The notes below the pieces were generated by a model. The model saw nothing but the letters and a program-made list of their open reading frames with translations. It did not search any database and had not been told where the DNA came from. A stretch of DNA of 61,235 bases, the filler included, from an uncultured Chlamydiae bacterium (GTDB taxonomy: Bacteria > Chlamydiota > Chlamydiia > Chlamydiales > SM23-39), in assembly GCA_937899275.1 (NCBI GenBank). It is 5 parts of 5 records of this genome, joined end to end, with 100 filler letters (N's around TTAATTAATTAA, not from the genome) between each part and the next. Parts side by side here need not be neighbours in the genome. Positions count along the whole stretch, not along the records: positions 1 to 16,715 come from CALBPE010000108.1; positions 16,816 to 26,506 come from CALBPE010000109.1; 3 more parts are not named here. One strand, written 5' to 3'. The position numbers and the translations under genes were made by a program. This document shows, piece by piece, positions 10,233 to 19,874 of this stretch; position 1 is the stretch's first letter, and every line of letters starts with the position of its first letter.

Positions 10233-11180
10233 GTGTCTTTGGGATTTTTGTTTGTAATGATCTCTTCTTTTTTTGCTGCTTCCTACAATTTTTGTATGCG
10301 AAGAAGTCTCGGGGCTTTACACAGCACAAAATCTTTTTTAATGATCGAGCTTTGGGTTGCTTCTTTTTGTTCGATCATGATCCATCCTTTGCGAACAGGG
10401 ATTTTGTATTGGAATGAGCCGATTTTGTATTTTGGAGGAGCTGTAGGACTGGTTTTTGGGGCGATGCTCTATTTTTTGGGAAGAGCCATGGAATATGGAC
10501 CTTCGGGATTAACCATTGCAGGGCTAAACGCATCGAATGTTCTGCCATCTATTGTGATGTTTTTATTTTTTGGACCTAGCCTAGGCTTTGGTTATACAAG
10601 GTTTCATCTTGCGGGATCGCTTCTTGTCCTTATAGGTATTTTATGGGCAAGCTCTCATGTAGGGAAAAAAGAGCACAAAATAGCTTGGGCTTTATATGCT
10701 TCAATGGCGTTTTTTCTCCATGTACTATTTTTAGTAGCTATGCAGTGGCGCGCTTTGATGATCCAACTTCCCGATTATTCTACAGCATTTCGCGTGCTGC
10801 CGCAGCAGCTTGCGGCAAATCCATGGTTTACTCCAAGTATGTATATGTCAGCTGCAATCCTGCATACGGTGATTTTTATCCGTTCGGGTAAAAGATCGCT
10901 TAGTCCATTTGACTGGAAAATTGGTATTATGGGAGGGGGACTAAACGCTCTTTATGCATTTTTTCTCGTTGTTTCTGCGGAAAAAGCCTCTCTTTTCGAA
11001 CACACCATGCTTTTTCCTCTTTTTTCTGTGATCACCATTTTTCTTTGTAATCTTTGGGGTAAATGGTTTTATCAAGAAAAAGTGCATTGGAAGGCATGCC
11101 ACCTCTCTTTTTTAGGGATTGTGATCGGAACTGTTGACTGGGCGTCTTTAAGTGAATTTTTGCAGATGTATCTTATGTAA
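10233..11180 (+). CDS. DMT/EamA-like membrane transporter
   Basis: About 10 hydrophobic segments in two halves; RAMEYGPSGLT motif; 315 aa. Confidence 0.65.
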   Translation: MSLGFLFVMISSFFAASYNFCMRRSLGALHSTKSFLMIELWVASFCSIMIHPLRTGILYWNEPILYFGGAVGLVFGAMLYFLGRAMEYGPSGLTIAGLNASNVLPSIVMFLFFGPSLGFGYTRFHLAGSLLVLIGILWASSHVGKKEHKIAWALYASMAFFLHVLFLVAMQWRALMIQLPDYSTAFRVLPQQLAANPWFTPSMYMSAAILHTVIFIRSGKRSLSPFDWKIGIMGGGLNALYAFFLVVSAEKASLFEHTMLFPLFSVITIFLCNLWGKWFYQEKVHWKACHLSFLGIVIGTVDWASLSEFLQMYLM

Positions 11181-12105
11181 ACGGTTTTTGCGCGGTTTTT
11201 TCTCGGTAGGCTCCGTAAAAAGAAAGGAGCTTTTCTCCTTTTTTTGGATGAATTTCCCGCAGTTTTTCATATAGTTTTAAGCCTTTTGCTGTTTGCCCTT
11301 CTTGGAAGTAGAGTACTCCTAACCGGTAGAGGGTTTCTGCATCTTGTGGGCTTAATGTCAGTAGCGTTTCGTATTCCTTGATTTCTAATGAATGCAGTCC
11401 AAGTGTGTGGTAGCTTTTTGCCAGTTGGATATGGACCCAAGGATCATCGGGGGTGTAGTGGTGGATGATCTTGTACTCTTCAATAGCATGTTGTAAAGCA
11501 GCTTTATGGAGCGTTGTAGCAGCTTCTTGTTTTTTCTGATAAAAAGGGGAAAATAAAAGCGATTCCATCCCTTTTTTCCCGTTTTCATAAAGGCCTGCCT
11601 GCAGAAGGTACGTATTAGCAAGAGAGGTATGGATTTCGATATCTGTTGGCGTTACGTAAATTTGCTGGATATGTTCTTCAATAGCTGCTGCAATGAGCTG
11701 TTCTTTTAAGGTAAATACATCGAAGAAATGCCAGAAAATGCTCCATTTTTGAGAAAGAGGCGCTTTTCTTACTCCAGGCGTTTCTGTATAAAGCGTCTCT
11801 TCAAAGCCTTCTAAGTAGTTTACTAGACGTATGCAGGCATGTGCAATCGATATATGCCTTTCGTAAGAATCTTCTGGTAGTAGTACAAAAGAGCGCGCTT
11901 CTTCAAGAAATGCGCTAACAAGAAAAGAGATCTCTTCCCGTTTTTTTTCTGTGTAGTAGAAAAAAAGGAAAAAGTAGCAGAGAAATGTGAGGAGATAAAT
12001 AGAAAAAAATGCGGCTGTTTTCAGAGAAAAATAGGAATCTAAAAAAAAGACTCCGGCGGTTATTTCTAGCCCGATCAAAAGAAAAAAAACGCTATGCAGA
12101 TACAC
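11173..12105 (-). CDS. Membrane-anchored TPR protein; start codon uncertain, frame open upstream to about 12219
   Basis: Two N-terminal TM segments; C-terminal TPRs PDDPWVHIQLAKSY and ETLYRLGVLYFQEGQTAKGLKLYE. Confidence 0.7.
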   Translation of the reverse strand: MYLHSVFFLLIGLEITAGVFFLDSYFSLKTAAFFSIYLLTFLCYFFLFFYYTEKKREEISFLVSAFLEEARSFVLLPEDSYERHISIAHACIRLVNYLEGFEETLYTETPGVRKAPLSQKWSIFWHFFDVFTLKEQLIAAAIEEHIQQIYVTPTDIEIHTSLANTYLLQAGLYENGKKGMESLLFSPFYQKKQEAATTLHKAALQHAIEEYKIIHHYTPDDPWVHIQLAKSYHTLGLHSLEIKEYETLLTLSPQDAETLYRLGVLYFQEGQTAKGLKLYEKLREIHPKKGEKLLSFYGAYREKTAQKPFT

Positions 12106-12225
12106 AAGTGTACGGCAAGAGCGTTTAAATCCTTTGATTAGCTTGCGGTATAGACTTTGCAGCGCCTTTGCAAAAGAAGGTATATCTGTATCCAGAGGCT
12201 CTTCTACCGTTTGTGTTTGCTAAGG

Positions 12226-12624
12226 TTATCTTCCTGTGTCAATCATATAGTTGATGAGTTTTTCACTGATGCCTGCATTTTTTAGCTTGCGGATTTGCTC
12301 ATGGCTTAACCGGTAAGAAGATCTTGTGTGATGAATATACTGGATAATGACATCATCGCTAATTCCACCTTGATATAGAGCAATGACATCATCTAAAAAT
12401 AAGGGATCGCCTTCTTCGATTTTTTCCAGGGTCGAAGGACTGGTTTTTTGTAGAATCAGCCGGTCTTGCTCATCTAACATAGCGCGGAGCGTACCATTTG
12501 TGTTTTTACTTCTAGATCTTGTAGGGATAAAGACATCATCAAAGGCTGTATAGACTTCTTTCGCTTGATGCGATGCGCAAGATGTTAAGCCGATGATGAT
12601 CGCGATGGAAAAAAGGGATTTCAT
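12226..12624 (-). CDS. Putative lipoprotein with a duplicated helical motif
   Basis: Lipobox-like GLTSC after a short hydrophobic stretch; internal repeat DDVIALYQGGISDDVIIQYI / EQIRKLKNAGISEKLINYM; RBS GGAGG upstream. Confidence 0.65.
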   Translation of the reverse strand: MKSLFSIAIIIGLTSCASHQAKEVYTAFDDVFIPTRSRSKNTNGTLRAMLDEQDRLILQKTSPSTLEKIEEGDPLFLDDVIALYQGGISDDVIIQYIHHTRSSYRLSHEQIRKLKNAGISEKLINYMIDTGR

Positions 12625-12781
12625 ACTACCTCCAACAAATATTTCGACGGTTAGAAAAAAGCAAGATACGTTGCTCTATTACGACTTAACTATAGACATC
12701 TTTCTCTAAAAAATCCAAAAAACTCTGAAAAAAAACGTTGGTATGCGAAAAGATGTGAGATATTGTAGTATTATATAGCAT

Positions 12782-13495
12782 TTAAGAGCCGGTTTTTTCT
12801 TCCACCTGTGCGGCATCTTTTAACCGATAACCTACGCCGCGTACCGTTTCAATCCACGGGCACTTTGGTCCCAATTTTTTTCTAAGCGCTGCAATATGAA
12901 CGTCGATATTTCGATCAACGATAAATGCATCGTCATTATTGATGTCATTTAATAGTTCATTTCTTGTCAGCACTTTGCCTTGGCTTAGAAGCAGTCTTTT
13001 CAAAATACCAAACTCTGATAATGTAATCGGAATCACCGCTGCATCTTTCCGAAGAACATACCTGTCTACCTCTAAGGTAAAGGGACCGAAATGCAGCTCT
13101 TGTGGGGATTTTTCTGGTTCTTTTCCTCTTCGTAAAACGGCTTTAATTCGGGAGAAAAGCACTTTAGGGGAAAAAGGTTTGGTTACGTAGTCATCTGCGC
13201 CTAGCTCTAAACCTAAAATGATATCGAGCTCTTCTCCTTTTCCAGATAAAATGATGATGGGAATCGATTTTATCGCGCTATTTTTTATTTTTCTACATAC
13301 ATCGAGGCCATTTTGTCCGGGCAGCATCACATCGATGATGATGAGATCGGGTTGGTCTCTTACAGCTGCTTGGTAGCCATTGATGCCATCTACTTCCACA
13401 TGAAGCTTATAGCCAGAGATTTCTGCTTGCAGCTTGACTAAAGCAGCAATATCCTTTTCATCTTCAAGTAATAAAAGCCTCTTTTTTTTTCCCAT
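12782..13495 (-). CDS. OmpR/PhoB-family DNA-binding response regulator
   Basis: LLEDE, phosphoacceptor DVMLP, GADDYVTKPF, winged helix RNIDVHIAALRKKL, IETVRGVGY. Confidence 0.93.
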   Translation of the reverse strand: MGKKKRLLLLEDEKDIAALVKLQAEISGYKLHVEVDGINGYQAAVRDQPDLIIIDVMLPGQNGLDVCRKIKNSAIKSIPIIILSGKGEELDIILGLELGADDYVTKPFSPKVLFSRIKAVLRRGKEPEKSPQELHFGPFTLEVDRYVLRKDAAVIPITLSEFGILKRLLLSQGKVLTRNELLNDINNDDAFIVDRNIDVHIAALRKKLGPKCPWIETVRGVGYRLKDAAQVEEKTGS

Positions 13496-13608
13496 TACAT
13501 TTCCCTAAAGTCAAAAGAATAACGTTTGAAAAGTCACACGACGTAAAAAAAAATATTTAGGGTAAATATAAACTTTTTGCAAGGAAAAAACGCTTTTTAG
13601 CAGAAAAT

Positions 13609-14256
13609 CTAGGGAATTTTCAGCTCTTGACCTACGATAATCACATCTTTAGAAAGCCCGTTTACCTCTTTAATCGACTCGACACTCACATGAAATGTGC
13701 GCGCAATTTTTTCTAACGAGTCGCCCGCTTTTACCCGATATACAGTGTGGGGATCGTTTTTCCTCGATTCTTCTATCATTTCTTCAAGATAAGAGCGGAT
13801 TTTGGCCACTTCCTGAAATGCCGATTGCTGTTTTGCGATCTGTTTTTCGAGCTCTTTGCACCGTTTTTTATATTGTACTAGAGCGCTATTTGTATCTTTT
13901 GCATGTTCGGCAAGTGCATTTAGCGTATGGTTTGTTGTGTACTGCTCACTTTCCACTGCGCGAAGGGCGTGGGTTTCTTTATCAAGACGATCGAGTAGTT
14001 GATGGTATAGGTTTTTCAGCTCTTTTAGTTCTTGTTCTTTTAAAGAAGAAAGGCATTTTTCCTGATAGCGCATTTTGTCATCTGATATACTCAGCTCTGT
14101 TTGAAAGCGGTTCAAATCGTGTCTAAGATCATCTAGATTTGTTTGGATTTCATGTAAGGTCAGCTCTTCTTGGTGCTGTTTTTCGTCAGCGGTAGAAGCG
14201 AGAGGTGAGCAGGACCAAAAGGATCCTAAAACAAGTAGTATAACGATTTTTTTCAT
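13609..14256 (-). CDS. Coiled-coil LysM-domain lipoprotein downstream of pal
   Basis: Lipoprotein-like signal (FWSC), long coiled coil, C-terminal LysM YRVKAGDSLEKIARTFHVSVESIKEVNGL...IIVGQELKIP. Confidence 0.85.
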   Translation of the reverse strand: MKKIVILLVLGSFWSCSPLASTADEKQHQEELTLHEIQTNLDDLRHDLNRFQTELSISDDKMRYQEKCLSSLKEQELKELKNLYHQLLDRLDKETHALRAVESEQYTTNHTLNALAEHAKDTNSALVQYKKRCKELEKQIAKQQSAFQEVAKIRSYLEEMIEESRKNDPHTVYRVKAGDSLEKIARTFHVSVESIKEVNGLSKDVIIVGQELKIP

Positions 14257-14942
14257 CGCACATCCTCAATAAAGAGTTTAAAATGCGCTCTGCGGTTTTT
14301 CTGCCGATCTTGGTTAGATCCCCCTAACGAAAGGGGTTTTTCCTTACCGTAAGAAACGGTATAGATTTGCTGGGGGTTTACCCCTTTTTTTGTTAGAAGT
14401 ACCCGCACGTGCTGCGCTCTTCTCATACCAAGTGCGATGTTGTAATCGGCAGAAGCCCTTTCATCGCAGTGCCCTTCGATGAGTAGATGGGCTTTTGGAT
14501 GTTTTTTCAGAAAAAGCGCGATTTTATCAATAGAGATCAGATCTTTTTTTTCTGTGATCACATGGTTATCTGTAGAAAAATGTAGCGTTCGAAATATATC
14601 CCCGTAGCGTTTTGATGCATCGACAAAATGATCAAACTTACCCTTTTTTTTAGCCGGCGCTTTTGGTAGTTTAACGGGCTGCTCTACCATTTGATCTTGA
14701 ATATACGCGCTTTTTTGCAAGTCAGCATCTTGCAAAGGGATGAAGTCGGAGTGATCAGGTCCGTTGAAATCGTCGTAAGAAACAATTTGTCTTGATTCAT
14801 CTACATCGAAACCAAAAAGAGCTTGGACGCTTTTTTTTACATACCTACCTGCGGTTTTTACATCTTCCCAAGCCTCTGAGCTTGTCCTTTGACACCCTGT
14901 AAGAAAAATCGAAAAAATGAGAAGAAAAAGAATCTGTTTCAT
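14253..14942 (-). CDS. pal: Peptidoglycan-associated lipoprotein Pal (OmpA-C domain)
   Basis: Lipobox LTGC; IEGHCDERASADYNIALGMRRA, VSYGKEKP, KNRRA; directly after tolB. Confidence 0.9.
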   Translation of the reverse strand: MKQILFLLIFSIFLTGCQRTSSEAWEDVKTAGRYVKKSVQALFGFDVDESRQIVSYDDFNGPDHSDFIPLQDADLQKSAYIQDQMVEQPVKLPKAPAKKKGKFDHFVDASKRYGDIFRTLHFSTDNHVITEKKDLISIDKIALFLKKHPKAHLLIEGHCDERASADYNIALGMRRAQHVRVLLTKKGVNPQQIYTVSYGKEKPLSLGGSNQDRQKNRRAHFKLFIEDVR

Positions 14943-16243
14943 AAATGTACTCTTGTTAATTCAGGAGAGGGAAATTTTTTATATCCCACGCCGTTGGAAA
15001 TTTGCTGTATCGTTTTTTTGTCTACATGCATCAGGTAAATTTCTGCTCCTTGCAGCATATCGGAATTGCATACAATATGCTTGCTATCTTTGGCCCATTT
15101 TGGATTTTCTAAATGCTTTTTACCAAAAGTCACTTGGGTTTCTTGCTTTGTTTCGAAGTCATAGACCCATATTTGCCTGATACCTTCCGTTTTAGCACTA
15201 TAGGCTAATTTTCTGCCATCAGGAGACCAAGAAGGAGAGGTATTTTGCCGTTTTTTTTGTGTAATGAGGGTGATTTTTGGTGTGGAAAACCGCAACATTT
15301 TTGGAAGGTCTAGCAAGTAGATTTTTGGAGAGCCATTCCAATCAGATACAAAGGCTAGTTTTTTTCCATCGGGACTAAAACAAGAAGAGGCCTGCGTTGC
15401 ACCTGGTTTAGAAAACAGCTGCCTTGGTTTGTTATAAGCAGATTGATTATCTAAGGAAAGAAAAAATAAATCGGGTCTTCCTGCAGCGTCAGATACAAAA
15501 GCTAGGTTTTTTCCATCAGCAGAAATCGCCGGAAGGGCTTGTGATCCGCGAAGAAAAATTTTTTTTCTCACATGTTTTGTATCCCATAAAAACTCCATAA
15601 TTTTAGGGACGCCTTCTTGATAAGATACAAAAACAAAATCTTTTTGATTGGGAAGAAATTGTGGATGGGTGGCGTAGTCTTCTAGGTGGGTGATTTTTTG
15701 TGCATTTTGCCCATCGTAATCGGAGCGCCAAATCTCTGAGATCCACTTGCCCCGTTTTTTTACCCGATTTGCATATAAGATCGTTGTATTTAAGATGCTA
15801 TCTACGCCGAGTATTTTTTTTCCAAATGCGTGTAAAAAGCGGTGGATGTTTTTTCGATCTTGAGCAATCTCTCCGGTCATAGGTAAAGGACGCAGGGCAA
15901 GAGAGCGCTTTTTATGCTGGCTTATCCGCAGCTCAATTTGTTTTTGTGCGATAGTTACCTGGATCTCATAGCCGTTTTTCCTCTTTGTATTTAGATTTTG
16001 CCGGGAAAAATAGGGGAGCTCTTCAGCGGAAAAATCGCCTATGTGGTTTAAGTCGTTGAGGATGATTTTTTGTAAAAGATCGGTGTAGTTTCTTTTGAAG
16101 GCAGAAGAGCTTTTTTGAAAGGCTACTTTGAGTAAAGAGGGCTTTTCTAAAGAAGCTACGGGAATATACAAAGGCTTTGCGAAAAGAGCTGTATACAAAA
16201 AAACGAAGGGTAGTAGTAGACAAAAGGGCTGAGCGCGTTTCAT
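14939..16243 (-). CDS. tolB: Tol-Pal beta-propeller protein TolB
   Basis: PD40-type repeats (PAISADGKNLAFVSD, FSPDGKKLAFVSD, PSWSPDGRKLAY); DYDGQNAQKIT; upstream of pal. Confidence 0.9.
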   Translation of the reverse strand: MKRAQPFCLLLPFVFLYTALFAKPLYIPVASLEKPSLLKVAFQKSSSAFKRNYTDLLQKIILNDLNHIGDFSAEELPYFSRQNLNTKRKNGYEIQVTIAQKQIELRISQHKKRSLALRPLPMTGEIAQDRKNIHRFLHAFGKKILGVDSILNTTILYANRVKKRGKWISEIWRSDYDGQNAQKITHLEDYATHPQFLPNQKDFVFVSYQEGVPKIMEFLWDTKHVRKKIFLRGSQALPAISADGKNLAFVSDAAGRPDLFFLSLDNQSAYNKPRQLFSKPGATQASSCFSPDGKKLAFVSDWNGSPKIYLLDLPKMLRFSTPKITLITQKKRQNTSPSWSPDGRKLAYSAKTEGIRQIWVYDFETKQETQVTFGKKHLENPKWAKDSKHIVCNSDMLQGAEIYLMHVDKKTIQQISNGVGYKKFPSPELTRVHL

Positions 16244-16275
16244 GGTTTGTACCAGTTGTGTGTGTAATCTCGATT

Positions 16276-16715
16276 CTAATACAGTACAATCGTAAAAGAA
16301 ACAGGCGTTTCAAGATAGTACTGATTGCAAAAAGGAAGCGTTATCTCGCGCAGTAAATCCTCCACATACATCCGGTTTTTTTCTGATGTGGATGTAATTT
16401 CTAGTATCTTTTCCACTTTACCAAGAGCGTTTACTATAAAAGAAATCTGGACGGATGCTTTTTCTGGAAGAACGACTTTTTTTGTAAAAAAGGCGTACAA
16501 CTTTTTTTCCATAGAAGACTTAGAAAAACGGTTTTTTTCTGGCGTTTTCTCAAGGATTTCTTGTGCGTTTTTTTCTGGTAGCTTAGGAGGATCTTTTAGC
16601 GGTAAATACGCTTTTTTTCCTTCTTCTTTAGGAAATTTTTTGATGAGTTTTTGCAGTTTTTTTATGGTAGATCGCCTGCCTTTTCTTAGAGGGGGCTGCA
16701 TTTTTCGTGCGGCTT
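16276..16715 (-). CDS. TolA/TonB-like C-terminal fragment (5' end lost at contig end)
   Basis: Lys/Pro-rich linker followed by LPEKASVQISFIVNALGKV (TonB-C-like); position upstream of tolB; frame open to the contig edge. Confidence 0.6.
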
Positions 16716-16815
16716 NNNNNNNNNNNNNNNNNNNNNNNNNNNNNNNNNNNNNNNNNNNNTTAATTAATTAANNNNNNNNNNNNNNNNNNNNNNNNNNNNN
16801 NNNNNNNNNNNNNNN
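16716..16815. other. Artificial contig spacer
   Basis: N-run, TTAATTAATTAA (stops in all six frames), N-run; 100 nt; same structure at four places. Confidence 0.98.
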
Positions 16816-17715
16816 CAGCTACAAGATTTTCAAAAGGAATATGCAAAAAAAACGCAGGCAAAAAAGGTAGCAATTCAAGAAGAGATCCTCGCCAAGGAAT
16901 GGGAAATCTACCGCTTGCAACAGGAGCTAGAGGCGCTTTTAGAAGATCTACGCTGGAAAGAAAGCCTATACAGTGAAGGGCTATTAGCTTTACCTACCAT
17001 CAACCAGGCTAAAGAAACAATTTCTTCTAAACAAACGGAAATCGATGCGGCAAATACAGCGATTTCTGAAGGTAAAGCAAGGGCTGCTGCACTTTCTGCA
17101 ATAGATATAGCGCAGCGTTTTGCTAAAGAAATTCAGATTGCTCAAGATGTGATAGAGACGCTTTTATTAGAGAAAAAACGCCTTCATATACGCGCACCTA
17201 AACAAGGTAAAGTACTTTCTATATTGAAAAAAGTAGGGGAAAATGCACCAAAATCTGTAGCGCTTTTTTGGGTGGAGGAAAATCGAGAAGAAGAAAACGT
17301 GATCTACGCCTACTTGCAGTCGAGTAGGGATCAAACGGTAAGAAAAGGGATGTTGGGCTTTGCTAATCTCAATAACGTAGACGTTAAAAAATATGGACAG
17401 ATGTTAGTACGAGTAGAAAAGGTGTGGTCTTTTCCTGTATCGACAAAAGAGATCTTACGTATTGTAGGCAATAGCAACCTTGTCTCCTTTTTACTAAAAG
17501 GTAGTCAAGAATCACCTATTCAGGTGGTTTTGAGGCCGGTAAAAGATCTTCGCACTATAAGCGGCTATGCATGGACTTCAGAAAAAGGACCTCCTTTTCG
17601 TATTGCTACTGGTACGGTAGGAAAAATCACAATACGTACAGAAGCTAGAAGACCTATAGAGTATATCTTTCCGCTGTTTAGAGAGGCGGCAGAGTCGGTT
17701 GAGGAAAATCCATGA
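16816..17715 (+). CDS. NHLP bacteriocin system secretion protein (HlyD-like membrane fusion protein), 5' truncated
   Basis: Frame open from the contig edge; coiled coil, IRAPKQGKV, YGQMLVRVEKVWSFPVS, SGYAWTSEKGPPFRIATGT, RRPIEYIFP; coupled to the ABC transporter by an ATGA overlap. Confidence 0.85.
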   Translation, partial: QLQDFQKEYAKKTQAKKVAIQEEILAKEWEIYRLQQELEALLEDLRWKESLYSEGLLALPTINQAKETISSKQTEIDAANTAISEGKARAAALSAIDIAQRFAKEIQIAQDVIETLLLEKKRLHIRAPKQGKVLSILKKVGENAPKSVALFWVEENREEENVIYAYLQSSRDQTVRKGMLGFANLNNVDVKKYGQMLVRVEKVWSFPVSTKEILRIVGNSNLVSFLLKGSQESPIQVVLRPVKDLRTISGYAWTSEKGPPFRIATGTVGKITIRTEARRPIEYIFPLFREAAESVEENP

Positions 17716-19874
17716 AGATTTTTTCTAGGGCAAGAAAAAAAACGCCGACGGTGATTCAGATGGAGGCAGTAGAATGTGGAGCTGCTGCTTTGAGCATCAT
17801 TTTAGGTTACTATAAACGCTACGTTTCATTAGAAGAGCTTCGGGTTGCTTGCGGCGTTTCTATGCATGGCAGTAATGCAGCTGATTTAGTCGCAGCAGCA
17901 GCATCTTTTGGACTCGATGCAAAAGGGGTTAGGTATTCTTTAGAAGAGACAAAACAGATCGATCAGCCGTTTATTGTCTTTTGGGATTTTAACCATTTTG
18001 TCGTAGTGGAAGCAGTAGGAAGTAAAGAGGTGCGGCTAAACGACCCCGCTACGGGACCAAGGCGCGTTTCTTTAGAAGAATTTTCTGATAAATATACAGG
18101 AATAGCTCTTTTATTTTCACCTGGGCCTGCTTTCAAACCGGGAGGCTTTGCCCCAAGGGTGTGGCCCATTTTACGCAAAAGACTACGCCGCACTGGGAGG
18201 CCGTTTTTTTATCTTAGTTTAACCCAGCTATTTTCTGTAATTCCCGCGTTGAGCCTTGCCGCTTTATCAAAAATGTTTATCGATCATGTAGTGATCGATG
18301 GACTTTGGTCTTGGAGCGGCAATATTGTTTTTGCGGTATTTATCGTTTTTATATTTCAAGGGATCTTAACCGCTTTTGAAGGGGTTTTTTTATACCGCCT
18401 CAACGCCTATTTATCGATCAAACTATCGAGCGGGTTTTTACATCACCTTCTAAGGCTTCCCATCTCATTTTATGAGCAGAGAAATCCTGGCGATCTCGCT
18501 TGGAGAGTCGAGCTAAACGATACAGTCATCAATGAAATCACCGAAAAACTTGCGCTTGTTTTGCTCAATGCTATGAAAATAGGATTATTTCTTACGGTCA
18601 TTGCCTCGTTTAGCTTTTCTCTTGCATGTATTTCGATCATCGAGCCTATATGCAGCTCTTTGCTTCTTTTATGGATTGATCGGTCGAGAAAAGATGCGAT
18701 GGCAAAAACCCTGACAAGTTATGTCAAAATGATGGCGTATTCTGTAGGAGGCCTGCAGAATATTGAAACGATTAAATCGCTTGGATTAGAGCAAAATATT
18801 TTTTCTAAATGGGCTTTTTACAATACAAAATTTCTCGCATCAAAGCAGGAGTTTTCTACGCGTAATATTACTATTCAAGCGCTGACACCATTTTTCCGTA
18901 TTGTTGCGGCCTCGGCTTTTATCTTTCGAGGCGCTTACCTTGCTCTTGCTGGAGCGATCACCGTAGGAAGCGTAATGGGCCTTTATTTTGTCATGCAGCA
19001 GCTGAGCGCACCCTTTCGCAATCTCACCGATCTGGGCGTGGTATTACAAGAAGTCAAAGCGCAGCTCATCCGCCTAGAAGATAGCCTACAAAATAGGCAA
19101 GATCCCTCTTTTACAAAAAAATCGAGATCTCTTCTTTTTCATAGGGTGAAAAAAACGCTTTCTATCGATGCAATTTCTTATGGGTATATCCCAACGCATC
19201 CGCCGTTTATTCAGGGGTTTTCCCTCGAGCTTAGTCGGGGAAAAATGGTGGCAATTGTAGGGCCTTCTGGATGTGGGAAATCAACCATTGCAAAAATTGC
19301 ATCAGGGCTACTTATGCCCTCAAAAGGGCAGCTTTTATACGATGGAAAGCCGAAAAGCGCGTATCACCCCGCTGCTTTTGCAAGCTCCATAACCTCTGTA
19401 GATCAAAGCATATTTATTTTTTCTGGATCGATTCGAGATAACCTCACCTTTTGGAATCATAACATTGAGGAAAAAGATATCGTACAAGCAGCAATTGATG
19501 CAGATATTCATGAAGAGGTGATTGTACGCGAAAGCGGCTACAACTCTATATTACAGCCGAAAGGCATCGATCTAAGCGGCGGGGAAAAGCAGCGCTTAGA
19601 AATCGCAAGAGCCCTGGTTACAAACCCCCATTTTTTGATTTTAGATGAAGCGACAAGTGCACTAGACCCAGAAAAAGAGGCGCGTATTTTACAAAATATC
19701 AAAAGAAGAGGCTGCGGTTGTTTGATGATTGCGCACCGGCTGAGCGCCGTGAAAAATGCCGATGAGATCTTAGTAATGGAAGCAGGCGCTATCGTACAAA
19801 GAGGCTCACATCAGTCGTTAAAAGAAGAGGGGCTTTATCAAAAGCTATTTCAATTTGAAGGAGCTATTAGATGA
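17712..19874 (+). CDS. NHLP-family peptidase-containing ABC transporter (C39 peptidase, permease, ATPase)
   Basis: TPTVIQMEAVECGAAAL (catalytic Cys), FWDFNHFVVV (His), NDPATG; Walker A GPSGCGKS, LSGGEKQRL, LILDEATSALD. Confidence 0.93.
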   Translation: MKIFSRARKKTPTVIQMEAVECGAAALSIILGYYKRYVSLEELRVACGVSMHGSNAADLVAAAASFGLDAKGVRYSLEETKQIDQPFIVFWDFNHFVVVEAVGSKEVRLNDPATGPRRVSLEEFSDKYTGIALLFSPGPAFKPGGFAPRVWPILRKRLRRTGRPFFYLSLTQLFSVIPALSLAALSKMFIDHVVIDGLWSWSGNIVFAVFIVFIFQGILTAFEGVFLYRLNAYLSIKLSSGFLHHLLRLPISFYEQRNPGDLAWRVELNDTVINEITEKLALVLLNAMKIGLFLTVIASFSFSLACISIIEPICSSLLLLWIDRSRKDAMAKTLTSYVKMMAYSVGGLQNIETIKSLGLEQNIFSKWAFYNTKFLASKQEFSTRNITIQALTPFFRIVAASAFIFRGAYLALAGAITVGSVMGLYFVMQQLSAPFRNLTDLGVVLQEVKAQLIRLEDSLQNRQDPSFTKKSRSLLFHRVKKTLSIDAISYGYIPTHPPFIQGFSLELSRGKMVAIVGPSGCGKSTIAKIASGLLMPSKGQLLYDGKPKSAYHPAAFASSITSVDQSIFIFSGSIRDNLTFWNHNIEEKDIVQAAIDADIHEEVIVRESGYNSILQPKGIDLSGGEKQRLEIARALVTNPHFLILDEATSALDPEKEARILQNIKRRGCGCLMIAHRLSAVKNADEILVMEAGAIVQRGSHQSLKEEGLYQKLFQFEGAIR

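Noticed and set aside
16716..16815. TTAATTAATTAA palindrome flanked by Ns, repeated four times
   Set aside because: Synthetic contig spacer with stops in all frames; not a biological repeat, and ORFs running into it are artefacts.
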